Positions 29,888 through 39,686 of a stretch of DNA of 64,000 nt are shown here, piece after piece (the first letter of the stretch is position 1; each line of letters begins with the position of its first letter). The notes below the pieces were generated by a model. The model saw nothing but the letters and a program-made list of their open reading frames with translations, searched no databases and was not told the origin of the DNA. This DNA comes from an uncultured Chitinophagales bacterium (GTDB lineage Bacteria; Bacteroidota; Bacteroidia; Chitinophagales; BACL12): the NCBI GenBank assembly GCA_964638865.1, contig CAZXBG010000001.1:18223-82222 (forward strand). The letters run 5' to 3'. Both the position numbers and the translations under genes were made by a program.

Positions 29888-30973
29888 ATGGAATCGATAG
29901 ATTATTATAAAGTTCTGGGTCTTGAAAGAGGAGTTAATGATAGCGACATTAAAAAGGCGTTTACAGAGCTTTCGAAAAAATATCACCCCGACTTTAATCC
30001 AAATGACATTTCAGCAAAAATTAAATTTCAACAAATCAATGAAGCAAACGAAGTGTTATCTGACTCTGAGAAAAGAAAAAAATATGATGAATTCGGGAAG
30101 GATTGGCAACAGGCTGTAGATTTTGAAAAATCGAATGATCAAAGTCATCAATATTACCAACAAACCGAAAGTTTTGAAGGTCAAAATTATTTCATTAAAA
30201 ATTTACCCAACATACTTACTTTATTTAATTTATTTCTTGGCTGCATGGCTATCGTGTATCTGTTTAACGATCACATGGTAATTATGAGTGGTGAAAGAGA
30301 AATGTTTATAGATATGGGCCAAATTGCCTTGGCTAGTTATTGTGTTTTCACAGCTGCAATCATCGATTTTTTTGATGGATTTGTTGCGCGTCTTTTAAAA
30401 GCACAAAGTGAATTTGGAAAGCAGTTAGATTCACTTGCCGATATGGTTACCTTTGGATTAGTTCCCGGTTTAATTATGTATGAATTAATTGCCCGCTCTT
30501 ATTATGCAAATTACAGTGCTTTTGATTATCCGGTATTATTTTATGCTGCTGGTTTTGCAGTTACCATTTTTGCAGCAGTGCGGCTTGCAAAATTTAATTT
30601 GGACAAAAGACAAACTTCAGAATTCAGGGGATTACCTAGCCCATCAATGGCTATGATCGTGATGTCGTTACCACTCATTATTTTGCGTGATGAAATGCAA
30701 TTAACGGAACTGCTTTCCAATAGCTGGTTTCTTTATGGCATTGTTGCCTTGTTAAGTTATTTGATGGTGAGTGATATACCTATGTTAAGTCTGAAGATTA
30801 AATCTTTCAAATTTGAAGAAAATCAATGGTTATTCGCACTTATTCTAATATCCATAGCAATTATTTTTATGGGTATATTTATTTTCCATATTATGTTTTC
30901 AATTATTCCAATTGTATTAATTTTATATATTTTAATTTCACTAACAAAAAATATCAACGAAAATGGCATATAA
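29888..30973 (+). CDS. Fusion protein: N-terminal DnaJ J-domain plus CDP-diacylglycerol--serine O-phosphatidyltransferase-like (CDP-alcohol phosphatidyltransferase) membrane domain
   Basis: Residues 4-70, DYYKVLGLERGVNDSDIKKAFTELSKKYHPDFNP....KFQQINEANEVLSDSEKRKKYDEFG, form a J-domain with an intact HPD. From about residue 101, LPNILTLFNLFLGCMAIV... follows, with the motif DGFVARLLKAQSEFGKQLDSLAD (DGx2ARx8Gx3Dx3D) and multiple TM segments. It is a single uninterrupted frame. Confidence 0.8.
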   Translation: MESIDYYKVLGLERGVNDSDIKKAFTELSKKYHPDFNPNDISAKIKFQQINEANEVLSDSEKRKKYDEFGKDWQQAVDFEKSNDQSHQYYQQTESFEGQNYFIKNLPNILTLFNLFLGCMAIVYLFNDHMVIMSGEREMFIDMGQIALASYCVFTAAIIDFFDGFVARLLKAQSEFGKQLDSLADMVTFGLVPGLIMYELIARSYYANYSAFDYPVLFYAAGFAVTIFAAVRLAKFNLDKRQTSEFRGLPSPSMAMIVMSLPLIILRDEMQLTELLSNSWFLYGIVALLSYLMVSDIPMLSLKIKSFKFEENQWLFALILISIAIIFMGIFIFHIMFSIIPIVLILYILISLTKNINENGI

Positions 30974-31214
30974 GGCGGAAATTGATGTAATGCCCTTAAA
31001 AGAATTGCTTGACCCAAAAGGGAAAGCAGTGGCAGGTAATATGAAAAATATTAACCTGAACTCTATACAGGATGTGCGCATCGGCAAACATATACAATTG
31101 CATATCGAAGCGGAATCTGATGCGCAAGCAAAACAAATTGCGGAAGAGGCTTGTAAAAAATTACTTGCCAATCCTATTATGGAGAGTTATACTTTTACTA
31201 TCCATAAAGTGTAA
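30963..31214 (+). CDS. purS: Phosphoribosylformylglycinamidine synthase subunit PurS
   Basis: 83 aa, ..V.V..K...LDP.G.AV...........V.DVR.GK.I.L.I.A.....A......C.KLLANP..E.Y. Confidence 0.85.
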   Translation: MAYKAEIDVMPLKELLDPKGKAVAGNMKNINLNSIQDVRIGKHIQLHIEAESDAQAKQIAEEACKKLLANPIMESYTFTIHKV

Positions 31215-31223
31215 TATTGTTTA

Positions 31224-31243
31224 AAGGATGAAATCACATCCTT
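31224..31243 (+). terminator. Weak hairpin after purS
   Basis: AAGGATG-AAATCA-CATCCTT. The T-run (TTTGTTTTT) is not immediately adjacent. Confidence 0.25.
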
Positions 31244-31260
31244 ACTAATTTGTTTTTATC

Positions 31261-32913
31261 ATGCTGTACAACAAAGTGAGTGGCATAACTGAAAAAAAGA
31301 ACTTCACTGTTGTATTGTTTTTTGTTTATCTGTTTCTCGCGCTTGTTTTATACCGAAACACCATCGGTTGCAGACTTGTTACTGATGCTCAAAATTGGCT
31401 TTTGTTGTATGACTCAACAGGCTGGCCAGGAATTCTGCATTCTTTCGGAGAAAATGCGCTGCATCCCGGTTACCATTTTTTTTTCTTTCTGAGTTATAAA
31501 ATATTCGGAACAAATGAGATGGGATGGTATCTGTTATTTACAACACTGCATGCACTAAATGCTTTTTTGATATTTTATGTTTTTAGAAATTACTTATCAT
31601 TTCTTAAAATACCAAATAATAATTTAATAGCCCTCTCCGCCTCCTTTTTGTTTCTGGCATCTCCTTATCAAACTGAAGCTGTGGTTTGGGGTGCAACAAT
31701 ACATTATCTGATCGTTACCCTTATTACCTTATTGATTATAAACAGTGTTATTATATATATTCAAAACAAAAAAATATTATATCTTATTTTGATACCACTT
31801 TTGTTTTGTTTTGCACTTTTGAGTTCAGAACTTGCGTTGTGTATCCCGATTATAATTGCTGTTTTATTTCTGTTTAAAATAGGCGATTCAGACGAGGCTT
31901 CAAAAAGGTCAATTTCACTACAGATATTGATGCCTATGATCTCCTTCATTATATTATATTTTTGTGCAAATAAACTGCTCCTGGGTAGCTGGGTAGGGCA
32001 TTACGGAGCTTCTACACACCTTAAATTTTCACTGAATGAATTAGTATCCAATTTTAATAAATATATATTCAAATTTTTGTTTTTTGGAAATTTTTTGGTG
32101 GGATTTTTAAAGGAGAATACCATTGGCGGATTGGACACAAGATCAACCATTTATTATTCCATAGTGTTATACTTTTTCCTAATTGTTTTTTATGGTCTAA
32201 ATAATACATTCCGAACTGCAATTAATAAAAGTTTATTGTTATTCTTATGTTTCGGAGCTGCATTGATACCCGTTTTGAATTTATTTTTTAACACCTTGCC
32301 AATTGAAGGTGATCGGCTTGGTTATCTCGCCAGTGCATTTTTTTTCCTCAGTTTGTCAGTTTTTATGTATACGCTAAATAAAAATGTTGCGTTGATATTA
32401 TTTCTGATGATCTCTGTAATTTCCGTTTTTTTATTAAACAAGAATTTGGATGGATGGAAGAATGCAGCTGCAGTTCAAACCTCCTTAGAAACTAATTTTC
32501 AATGGGAAGAAGCAGATCGAATTTTCGTACTTAATATTCCGGATAATTTCAACGGTGCATATTTATATCGCGACAATGGGACAAGCAGTAAATTCAAAAC
32601 AGCTTTAAATTTCAAACACGATCAAAACATTAAAGGCGATTTTTATGAAATATTGCAATTCAATATGACAAAATTGGATAATAGTGTTTCCCTGGAAATA
32701 ATAGACTCAGTAACTTTAAAAGTGACCTTTGATCAATGGGGAAACTGGTGGTGGAGAGGAGGTATTGGTGGAAGCGATTATGAAAATGAATTGTATAAAG
32801 TGGATATTGATGAATGGAGTCATGCTTATATGATTACCTTTAAACAAAAAAGACCGGGTGATGTATTTATTTATCAAAAAGGTATTTCCTGGCAACAAGT
32901 AAAAGGATTTTAA
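31261..32913 (+). CDS. Multi-pass membrane protein, GT-C-fold (PMT/TMTC-like) glycosyltransferase candidate
   Basis: 550 aa with more than 10 hydrophobic segments. N-terminal pattern: ..HPGYHFFFFLSYKIFGTNEMGWYLLFTTLHALNAFLIFY.. This resembles the YRPL..f..G.np.gyHl.n.llH.lna block of protein O-mannosyl-transferase-like families, from my recollection of that family. Confidence 0.4.
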   Translation: MLYNKVSGITEKKNFTVVLFFVYLFLALVLYRNTIGCRLVTDAQNWLLLYDSTGWPGILHSFGENALHPGYHFFFFLSYKIFGTNEMGWYLLFTTLHALNAFLIFYVFRNYLSFLKIPNNNLIALSASFLFLASPYQTEAVVWGATIHYLIVTLITLLIINSVIIYIQNKKILYLILIPLLFCFALLSSELALCIPIIIAVLFLFKIGDSDEASKRSISLQILMPMISFIILYFCANKLLLGSWVGHYGASTHLKFSLNELVSNFNKYIFKFLFFGNFLVGFLKENTIGGLDTRSTIYYSIVLYFFLIVFYGLNNTFRTAINKSLLLFLCFGAALIPVLNLFFNTLPIEGDRLGYLASAFFFLSLSVFMYTLNKNVALILFLMISVISVFLLNKNLDGWKNAAAVQTSLETNFQWEEADRIFVLNIPDNFNGAYLYRDNGTSSKFKTALNFKHDQNIKGDFYEILQFNMTKLDNSVSLEIIDSVTLKVTFDQWGNWWWRGGIGGSDYENELYKVDIDEWSHAYMITFKQKRPGDVFIYQKGISWQQVKGF

Positions 32914-32920
32914 TAACATA

Positions 32921-33625
32921 ATGAAGGGGAAATTATACATAATACCAACACCCATCGGAAACTTGGAGGATATGACACTTCGGGCCATCAGGTTATTGAA
33001 GGAAGTGGATCTTATTCTTGCAGAAGACACCAGAACATCCTCTGTTTTATTGCGTCATTATGAAATAACCACCAAAACAATTTCTCATCATAAATTCAAT
33101 GAACACGAAGCGGTAAAAAAAATTGTGCAGGAAATATCCGAAGGTAAAAACATTGCATTGATCTCTGATGCCGGAACACCTGGAATTTCTGATCCCGGTT
33201 ATTTATTGGTTCATATTTGTGTTGAAAATAATATTGTGGTGGAAACCTTACCCGGTGCAACTGCATTTGTTCCTGCACTGGTAAATTCGGGATTTCCTAT
33301 CAATGAATTTGTATTTATTGGGTTCCTGCCGGTAAAAAAAGGTCGTGAAACAAAACTGCGAGAAATAACGGCGGAAAAACGAACAATGATTTTATATGAA
33401 TCAACCTATAGAATATTAAAAACACTGGAGCAACTCGGGAATATTTTTCCTGAAAGGAAGGTTAGCGTATCGCGGGAGATCTCTAAGAAATTTGAAGAAA
33501 CTGTGCGGGGAAGTTTCCCTGAAGTGCAGGATCATTTTAAAAATAAAATCTCCAAAGGAGAATTTGTAATTGTGATCAAAGGGGTTGAAAAAGAAGTTAA
33601 GGAAAAACCTGACTCACAATTTTAA
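32921..33625 (+). CDS. rsmI: 16S rRNA (cytidine1402-2'-O)-methyltransferase
   Basis: GKLYIIPTPIGNLEDMTLRAIRLLKEVDLILAEDTR.. plus ..SDAGTPGISDPG.. (tetrapyrrole methylase fold). Confidence 0.92.
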   Translation: MKGKLYIIPTPIGNLEDMTLRAIRLLKEVDLILAEDTRTSSVLLRHYEITTKTISHHKFNEHEAVKKIVQEISEGKNIALISDAGTPGISDPGYLLVHICVENNIVVETLPGATAFVPALVNSGFPINEFVFIGFLPVKKGRETKLREITAEKRTMILYESTYRILKTLEQLGNIFPERKVSVSREISKKFEETVRGSFPEVQDHFKNKISKGEFVIVIKGVEKEVKEKPDSQF

Positions 33626-35017
33626 ACAATCTAAAAACTTAATTTTGTTTTCCGGCAATAACCAATATGGATTTAATTTTATTCCTACATATAAATTTAC
33701 TGAAGAGTATTCCGATTGTTTTATAAAAGTCAATAAGTTATCAGATCCAACCGTAAAAAACATAAATCTAGCTGCAGCCCCTATCCTGAATTCTCTATCT
33801 TCATAAAGTTGCATTGGAATACAAAAACTTACATTTTTTGTTTCGTAACGAGGAGTCAACGCAAAAACATTAGATCGTGCAATTAGATTAGTATTAAAAT
33901 GAGGAATGCGCCGCACTATTAATGCCTGCGCATATATGTTTTTATTAAATGCTTTTTCCGCACTTATAACAAAGGCTGCCGGTAAATACATGGTAAACTT
34001 GTTTCCATCCTGTGCTGCAGCACTCAGATCATAAATAATTCTTGCACCGGTTCGATTAAATTCATCAATATCATCAATGGAATCCAATTCTGCATTGGAA
34101 ACAATTAAAGATTCTTCATTTACTAAATGATAAGTACCTGAATTTTTTGTGAATTTTATCATTCCAAGATCAACTATTGATAATCCGAACTTCCAGATAT
34201 ATTCCTGGTTCTTGGAAAATTTAAATTTAGAACGTTTTTTAACTTCATAAATCACACCTACATCTAGCCCAACTCCCGATCCGTTTAATCCAAAATTATT
34301 TTTGTCAAATAACGAATTTGAGCCAAGATTTTTTGTATAATCAAATTCCGTATCAAAATGTGTTGCAGTGGTATTTATTGTATCCCGAACATAAGTAAAC
34401 TCCGAATTGTTTTCAAATCCCAATGCTTCCAATCCACTGAGATATTTAATATTTCCTCCCAAATGCACTGCAAATACAGAATTTCTTTCCAGTGTAGCTT
34501 CTGCATTCAACCCGGCTTCTGCCCAAACCAATACACCTGCATTAAATGCGGGCATGTCAATATTCGTATAAAGTGGTACATCTTTTATACCTGCAATTCC
34601 ATGCACTTCATTTTCACTTAAAGCATACCCGGCAGCTCTTGCAGTAAAAAAAATACCTGCTGCAAAATCATCAAATTTTAAAAAAGCAGAAGGCAACTGC
34701 GCCAAAACACTTCCGTGTGCATATATTTTTTTCGGATTAAAATAATCAATATCGATAATACTGTCGGAGGTAGTAACATACTTTATCATGTTTTCGGGAA
34801 TGGAGATATAATTATTGTCCTCATAAACACCTAAAGCAAAAATATTTACATCCCATGGTAATTTTCCTGTAATAGGCATGGCAGGATTTAATAACATGCC
34901 ATTGGACCCTGCATAATTATCTGTGCGCAAGCCTATAAATTCCTGGGCATTTACCATTTTGCACATTGTACAAAATAGTAATAATTGAATATGGATAACT
35001 GCAGTATACTTAGGCAT
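33614..35017 (-). CDS. Secreted outer-membrane beta-barrel-like protein (DUF5723-like)
   Basis: It has a signal peptide ending ..MVNAQEF and alternating beta-strand-like composition. The family assignment is from memory only. Confidence 0.4.
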   Translation of the reverse strand: MPKYTAVIHIQLLLFCTMCKMVNAQEFIGLRTDNYAGSNGMLLNPAMPITGKLPWDVNIFALGVYEDNNYISIPENMIKYVTTSDSIIDIDYFNPKKIYAHGSVLAQLPSAFLKFDDFAAGIFFTARAAGYALSENEVHGIAGIKDVPLYTNIDMPAFNAGVLVWAEAGLNAEATLERNSVFAVHLGGNIKYLSGLEALGFENNSEFTYVRDTINTTATHFDTEFDYTKNLGSNSLFDKNNFGLNGSGVGLDVGVIYEVKKRSKFKFSKNQEYIWKFGLSIVDLGMIKFTKNSGTYHLVNEESLIVSNAELDSIDDIDEFNRTGARIIYDLSAAAQDGNKFTMYLPAAFVISAEKAFNKNIYAQALIVRRIPHFNTNLIARSNVFALTPRYETKNVSFCIPMQLYEDREFRIGAAARFMFFTVGSDNLLTFIKQSEYSSVNLYVGIKLNPYWLLPENKIKFLDCLKL

Positions 35018-35199
35018 ATAAATAATACCATGTCGTTAAAAAAACCTGTGTGTGGTTTCGAAAAAATTACTGTAGTGTGCGTTTCTGCGGTGTTCAAAAA
35101 TTGCTCACGTATGGAACTAAACACATAAGTGCTTCAATTGTTGGGGAAAAATTAGGATAAAATTTTAAATTATCCAAAAATTTAGGCTTAAAAGTGAAA

Positions 35200-36615
35200 T
35201 TAATATCCTTCCATATCCACAATTTTGCCCGGGTTGAGAATGGCCTTGGGGTCGAAAAGCTGTTTTATCTTACGGAAAATCTGGAGTTGTATTTCGCTGA
35301 AAGCCAAATTCATAAAAGGTTTCTGCACAAATCCTATCCCGTGTTCGCCACTGAGAGTGCCACCAAGCTCAATAACCAGTTGGAAAATTTCCCGGATCCC
35401 GTCCGGCAGATTTTGTCGCCACTCTTCGTTGCTAAGATCTCCCTTCAAAATATTTACGTGCAAGTTTCCGTCCCCTGCATGCCCGTAACAAACGGAGCGG
35501 AATCCATATTTTGCACCTATTTTTTTAACCCCTTCCAATAAAACAGGTAACTCTGCTCTGGGGACAACAGTGTCCTCCTCTTTATAGATTGAATTTTGTT
35601 TTATCGCCTCGCCAACTTTTCTCCTCATTTTCCAAAGTTCATTTTTTTCGCGATCGGTTTCAGCGAATAAAATTTCATCACATTGAAATTTTTCTACTAT
35701 TACCGAAATTGTTTCACATTCCTGCATCAACACTTCCATATTATTTCCATCCACTTCAATTAATAAATGCGCATGAATATCCTCTTTTATATTTATATTG
35801 ATATCATGGTTATATTTCAGCACAAAATCAATTGCATCTCGTTCCATAAATTCCATTGCGCTCGGTGTAAGCCCTGCCCTGAATATTTCCGAAACTGCTT
35901 CACATGCCTTAGTTGCTGAATAAAAAGGAACCAACATCAACAAATTATATTTTGGATAGGGAATTAATTTCAAAACAATCTTTGTAATAATTCCCAGCGT
36001 ACCCTCACTCCCTACAAATAATTGTGTAAGATTATATCCTGTTGCATTTTTTAAAACATTGGCTCCGGTCCAAATTATATCGCCTGTAGGCAAAACAACC
36101 TCAAGATTTAAAACATAATCTTTCACCACTCCATATTTAACCGCTTTTGGGCCGCCTGAATTTTCAGCTACATTCCCGCCGATAAAACAACTTCCTTTAC
36201 TTGCAGGATCAGGAGGATAAAATAATCCTTTTTCGATAACAGCATTTTGCAAAACTTCTGTAATAACTCCGGGTTCTGTAGTAATCTGTAAATTGCGTTC
36301 ATCCAGAAACAAAATTTTATTAAAGCGTTCCATACTAAGTGCTATACCTCCGAAAACCGGCAATGCACCTCCACTTAAACCGGTTCGCGCTCCCTGAGGT
36401 GTTACGGGAATATTAAATTCATTCGCAAGTATTAAAATTTGAGCAATTTCCTCCGCCGCATTTGGTTTAATTATCACTTCAGGAAAAAACTGAAGGTCCT
36501 CGGTTTCATCTGATGCATATTTTTTTTTGTTATCTGGATCCTGAAAAACAAAATTTTCTCCCACTATCGCTGCGAGTTTTTCAAAAATTTCCTGATTTAC
36601 TTTTTGGTACATCAC
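35200..36615 (-). CDS. FAD-linked oxidase (GlcD / D-lactate dehydrogenase family)
   Basis: 471 aa. The FAD-binding PCMH domain is ..PQGARTGLSGGALP..., and the C-terminal pattern is ..GGTLSGEHGIG..K......LF...K..FDP..ILNPGK. Confidence 0.88.
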   Translation of the reverse strand: MMYQKVNQEIFEKLAAIVGENFVFQDPDNKKKYASDETEDLQFFPEVIIKPNAAEEIAQILILANEFNIPVTPQGARTGLSGGALPVFGGIALSMERFNKILFLDERNLQITTEPGVITEVLQNAVIEKGLFYPPDPASKGSCFIGGNVAENSGGPKAVKYGVVKDYVLNLEVVLPTGDIIWTGANVLKNATGYNLTQLFVGSEGTLGIITKIVLKLIPYPKYNLLMLVPFYSATKACEAVSEIFRAGLTPSAMEFMERDAIDFVLKYNHDININIKEDIHAHLLIEVDGNNMEVLMQECETISVIVEKFQCDEILFAETDREKNELWKMRRKVGEAIKQNSIYKEEDTVVPRAELPVLLEGVKKIGAKYGFRSVCYGHAGDGNLHVNILKGDLSNEEWRQNLPDGIREIFQLVIELGGTLSGEHGIGFVQKPFMNLAFSEIQLQIFRKIKQLFDPKAILNPGKIVDMEGY

Positions 36616-36790
36616 ACAAAGGTAAATTGTTTCAATTAACGATATCGACAGGCAATAATTTTAAAATTCAGTGTTTTACCCCATCTGATTAACAGGTGAT
36701 AATCGTGAGAATTTGACATAATCGTGTCAGTTGGGGTTTTTAGCTTGTTTTTTTCACTTTACCTTTATACCTTTAGAATCTTAAAAAAAT

Positions 36791-38842
36791 ATGATGAAAA
36801 AAATACTTTATACTTCTATGCTGATGGCAGCTCTTTTGATTTGTAATACAAATTTCGCGCAAGCCAAAAAATACCCATTATTTGAACACTTTACACAGGC
36901 TTCCTGTGCACCTTGTGCTGACCAAAACCCCTTCTTTCAGGCGGTTTATTATGCCAATGAATCAAATATGCATCATGTTGCTTATCACACTTCATGGCCA
37001 GGAGTAGATGAGATGTATGATTTTAATCCATCTGAAAGTGATGAAATGGTGAGTTATTATGGTGTTTCCGGCGTTCCCGATATGATACAAAACGGAACCA
37101 GTGTGGGCAGTCCAACCGCAGTAACTCAGGATGTGGTGAATAATTTGACCACCGAAAACAGTCCTATCAGAATCTTAGTTTCTGAAACAACCTCCGGCAC
37201 AACAAGAAACGTACATATTGAAATACAAACCGTTGGAACTGTTCCGGCCGGCACTTATAAATTAAAAGCAGCGGTTGTTGAGCATCTGATAGATTATGTT
37301 AGTGCACCGGGAAGTAATGGCGAAACTGAATTTCCAAATGTGTTTCGCGAATCAATAACAGGAACAGGTGGTGTTGCATACACTCCTGCTGCATTAGGCT
37401 CTTCTGTAACCTTCGATTACTCCTATGTATTGGATCCAGTTTATGTAGACGCAGAAATTTATGCGCTTGCATGGGTTCAGAATGTATCTTCAAAAGATGT
37501 TTTAAATTCAGGTGCATCGGGAGATCCATTTGTAGAAGTTTATAATATTGCGCCGGTTGTTTTCACAAATGGCACTGCAGGCTCTCCGGAATCATTTACA
37601 GGAAATGTGGAAAATCTCGGTGATGCGAATGCGAATATCAGTATTACTTTAACTAAAAGTGAACCTGCTGACTGGAGTTCTTCCTTTGATTATAATGGAA
37701 TGACCTATACTTCAACAGCTACAACATCAATAAATGCATTAAGTGTTTTGCCTATTGATCTTGAGGTAAATGTTGGAACAAGTTCAGGTATTGGTGAATA
37801 TACAATTACTGTTGAATTTCCTGACAATCCGGAAATTTTTCCACAAGTACTCACTTATTATACAATATCAGGGGTTACTGATTTAATCGTAAATAACGAA
37901 GTGAATTACGGAGATGGCACTCCATACGATACTTACGATTTTGAAACTTTATATGTTGATGCTTTAGATGCCGCAGGTATTACAACTTTTGCTTCCACTT
38001 CCCATTTTACCATGAAAAAAGGATTTTCCGGAGCAGCTTTAGATGGAATTGAAAATATTTATTACAATGTTGCATGGACATTCCCTGCTTTAGTAGATGA
38101 TCCATTAAAAATTGAACAACTCGAAGAATTTCTGGATAACGGAGGTAATTTATTTATTGCCGGACAAGATATAGGTTGGGAAGTTGATTATTATGCGGCA
38201 TATTACCCTGAAGCTGTTAGTTTCTATGAAGATTATTTACATGCTTCCTTTGTGAATGATATCGCAAGCGGAGCCACTGCTTTTACTGCTGTTGCAACCG
38301 ACGAATGGTATGGCGCAGTGGCTGAAAGTAATTTAACTGAAGCTTATGGACCTGTTAATTATTATCCTGAGCAAATTGAAGCAATGGGAGTTGATGCTAC
38401 GGATATTTTTACTTACAATGCCGGTACTAAAGTTGGTGGGGTTCGATCAGAAACATCTGATTATAAAACTGTTTATTTAGGAGTTGGATTGGAAATGATT
38501 GAAGATGAGGCTATAAGAAACGCAATAATGAATGCAACCTATCTTTATTTTAAAGGGGAATTAAATGGAATTGATTTTGATAATGAAGTTCAAAATTTAT
38601 TGGGTAACGCTTATCCAAACCCTGCTGCAGATTTTACTACAATCAACTTCACAAATCTTGACAAAGATTACACAATGAATGTAACAGATATATCAGGTCG
38701 TATTGTTATGGAAGTTCCCATTTCAGGTGGAACTACTGCATTTTCATTGAATGTAAGTGATATGAGTAGCGGAATGTATTTTTATTATTTGACAGATGGT
38801 CAGATCAAAACACAAACTGAAAAATTAAATATTATTAAATAA
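36791..38842 (+). CDS. T9SS cargo protein (Omp28-related-like N-terminal region, Por CTD)
   Basis: It has a signal peptide. The C-terminus is NAYPNPAADFTTINF....SGMYFYYLTDG. Confidence 0.7.
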   Translation: MMKKILYTSMLMAALLICNTNFAQAKKYPLFEHFTQASCAPCADQNPFFQAVYYANESNMHHVAYHTSWPGVDEMYDFNPSESDEMVSYYGVSGVPDMIQNGTSVGSPTAVTQDVVNNLTTENSPIRILVSETTSGTTRNVHIEIQTVGTVPAGTYKLKAAVVEHLIDYVSAPGSNGETEFPNVFRESITGTGGVAYTPAALGSSVTFDYSYVLDPVYVDAEIYALAWVQNVSSKDVLNSGASGDPFVEVYNIAPVVFTNGTAGSPESFTGNVENLGDANANISITLTKSEPADWSSSFDYNGMTYTSTATTSINALSVLPIDLEVNVGTSSGIGEYTITVEFPDNPEIFPQVLTYYTISGVTDLIVNNEVNYGDGTPYDTYDFETLYVDALDAAGITTFASTSHFTMKKGFSGAALDGIENIYYNVAWTFPALVDDPLKIEQLEEFLDNGGNLFIAGQDIGWEVDYYAAYYPEAVSFYEDYLHASFVNDIASGATAFTAVATDEWYGAVAESNLTEAYGPVNYYPEQIEAMGVDATDIFTYNAGTKVGGVRSETSDYKTVYLGVGLEMIEDEAIRNAIMNATYLYFKGELNGIDFDNEVQNLLGNAYPNPAADFTTINFTNLDKDYTMNVTDISGRIVMEVPISGGTTAFSLNVSDMSSGMYFYYLTDGQIKTQTEKLNIIK

Positions 38843-38900
38843 AAAAAATTAAAAGGTAGGATAGAAATCTCTGACCTTTTTTCACTTTAAATTCAAATCG

Positions 38901-39632
38901 ATGAAAAGATCATTATTGTTACTATCCCTTTTAGGCAGCATGAGTTTATATGCACAATATATCACCCTCGACCCTGCTTATGCAGAATTAGATGGAGATC
39001 CTTCAGAACTCGTTGAAGTGCATATCACCTTACAAAATACCGGAGAAACTCAAGCAATGAACTGGATTCGTATGGTAAATGATATACCGGATTTCTGGTC
39101 GTCTTCTGTATGTGATTACAATCTATGTTATGGGCCAAATACAGATGAACCAACAGATTATTTTGAATCGGTTGGCGGAACTTCCGGAACTGTTTATGTG
39201 AGATTTGATGCACGTAATTATTATGATGGCGAATATCATCCCGTACCTGGTTGCGGAACTGTTGAAATTATGTATTACAGTGTTTTAGATAGCGCAAATT
39301 ACAATGCATTAGGCGTGTTTCATGCACGTTTAGGTGTTGCCGAAGAAGATTGTGAAACAGTTTTGATTTCTCCTTCATTGGACAATAGTTTTTCTGTTTA
39401 CCCGAATCCTGCTATCAATTCATTGAATGTGGTAGCTTCATTTAGTGCGCATATTTCAAAAGTCGAAATTGTTAATATTGTAGGTATGTCGGTTCAGGAA
39501 ATTACCTGGAATACGTCATCCGGTAAAATGACATTTGATATTACCGAATTACCACAAGGCATTTATTTTGTGCGTTTAATCAACGATAAAAATGCTGCAG
39601 TTTATACAGAAAAAATTTCTGTAACCCAATAA
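38901..39632 (+). CDS. T9SS cargo protein, 243 aa
   Basis: The signal peptide is MKRSLLLLSLLGSMSLYAQ. The CTD is FSVYPNPAINSLNV....LPQGIYFVRLIND. Confidence 0.7.
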   Translation: MKRSLLLLSLLGSMSLYAQYITLDPAYAELDGDPSELVEVHITLQNTGETQAMNWIRMVNDIPDFWSSSVCDYNLCYGPNTDEPTDYFESVGGTSGTVYVRFDARNYYDGEYHPVPGCGTVEIMYYSVLDSANYNALGVFHARLGVAEEDCETVLISPSLDNSFSVYPNPAINSLNVVASFSAHISKVEIVNIVGMSVQEITWNTSSGKMTFDITELPQGIYFVRLINDKNAAVYTEKISVTQ

Positions 39633-39640
39633 ATAAAAAA

Positions 39641-39681
39641 GACAACAACTTTCAAGAAACGGAAAGTTGTTGTCTTTTTTT
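39641..39681 (+). terminator. Rho-independent terminator
   Basis: GACAACAACTTT-10-nt loop-AAAGTTGTTGTC (12-bp perfect stem) followed by T7; 9 nt after the stop. Confidence 0.85.
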
Positions 39682-39686
39682 ATACC

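Noticed and set aside
36699-36726. The direct repeat ATAATCGTG occurs twice, 19 nt apart, in the divergent promoter between the FAD oxidase and a T9SS cargo gene.
   Set aside because: Nearby 9-mer direct repeats are expected by chance several times in a window of this size and composition. There is no supporting regulator gene next to it.
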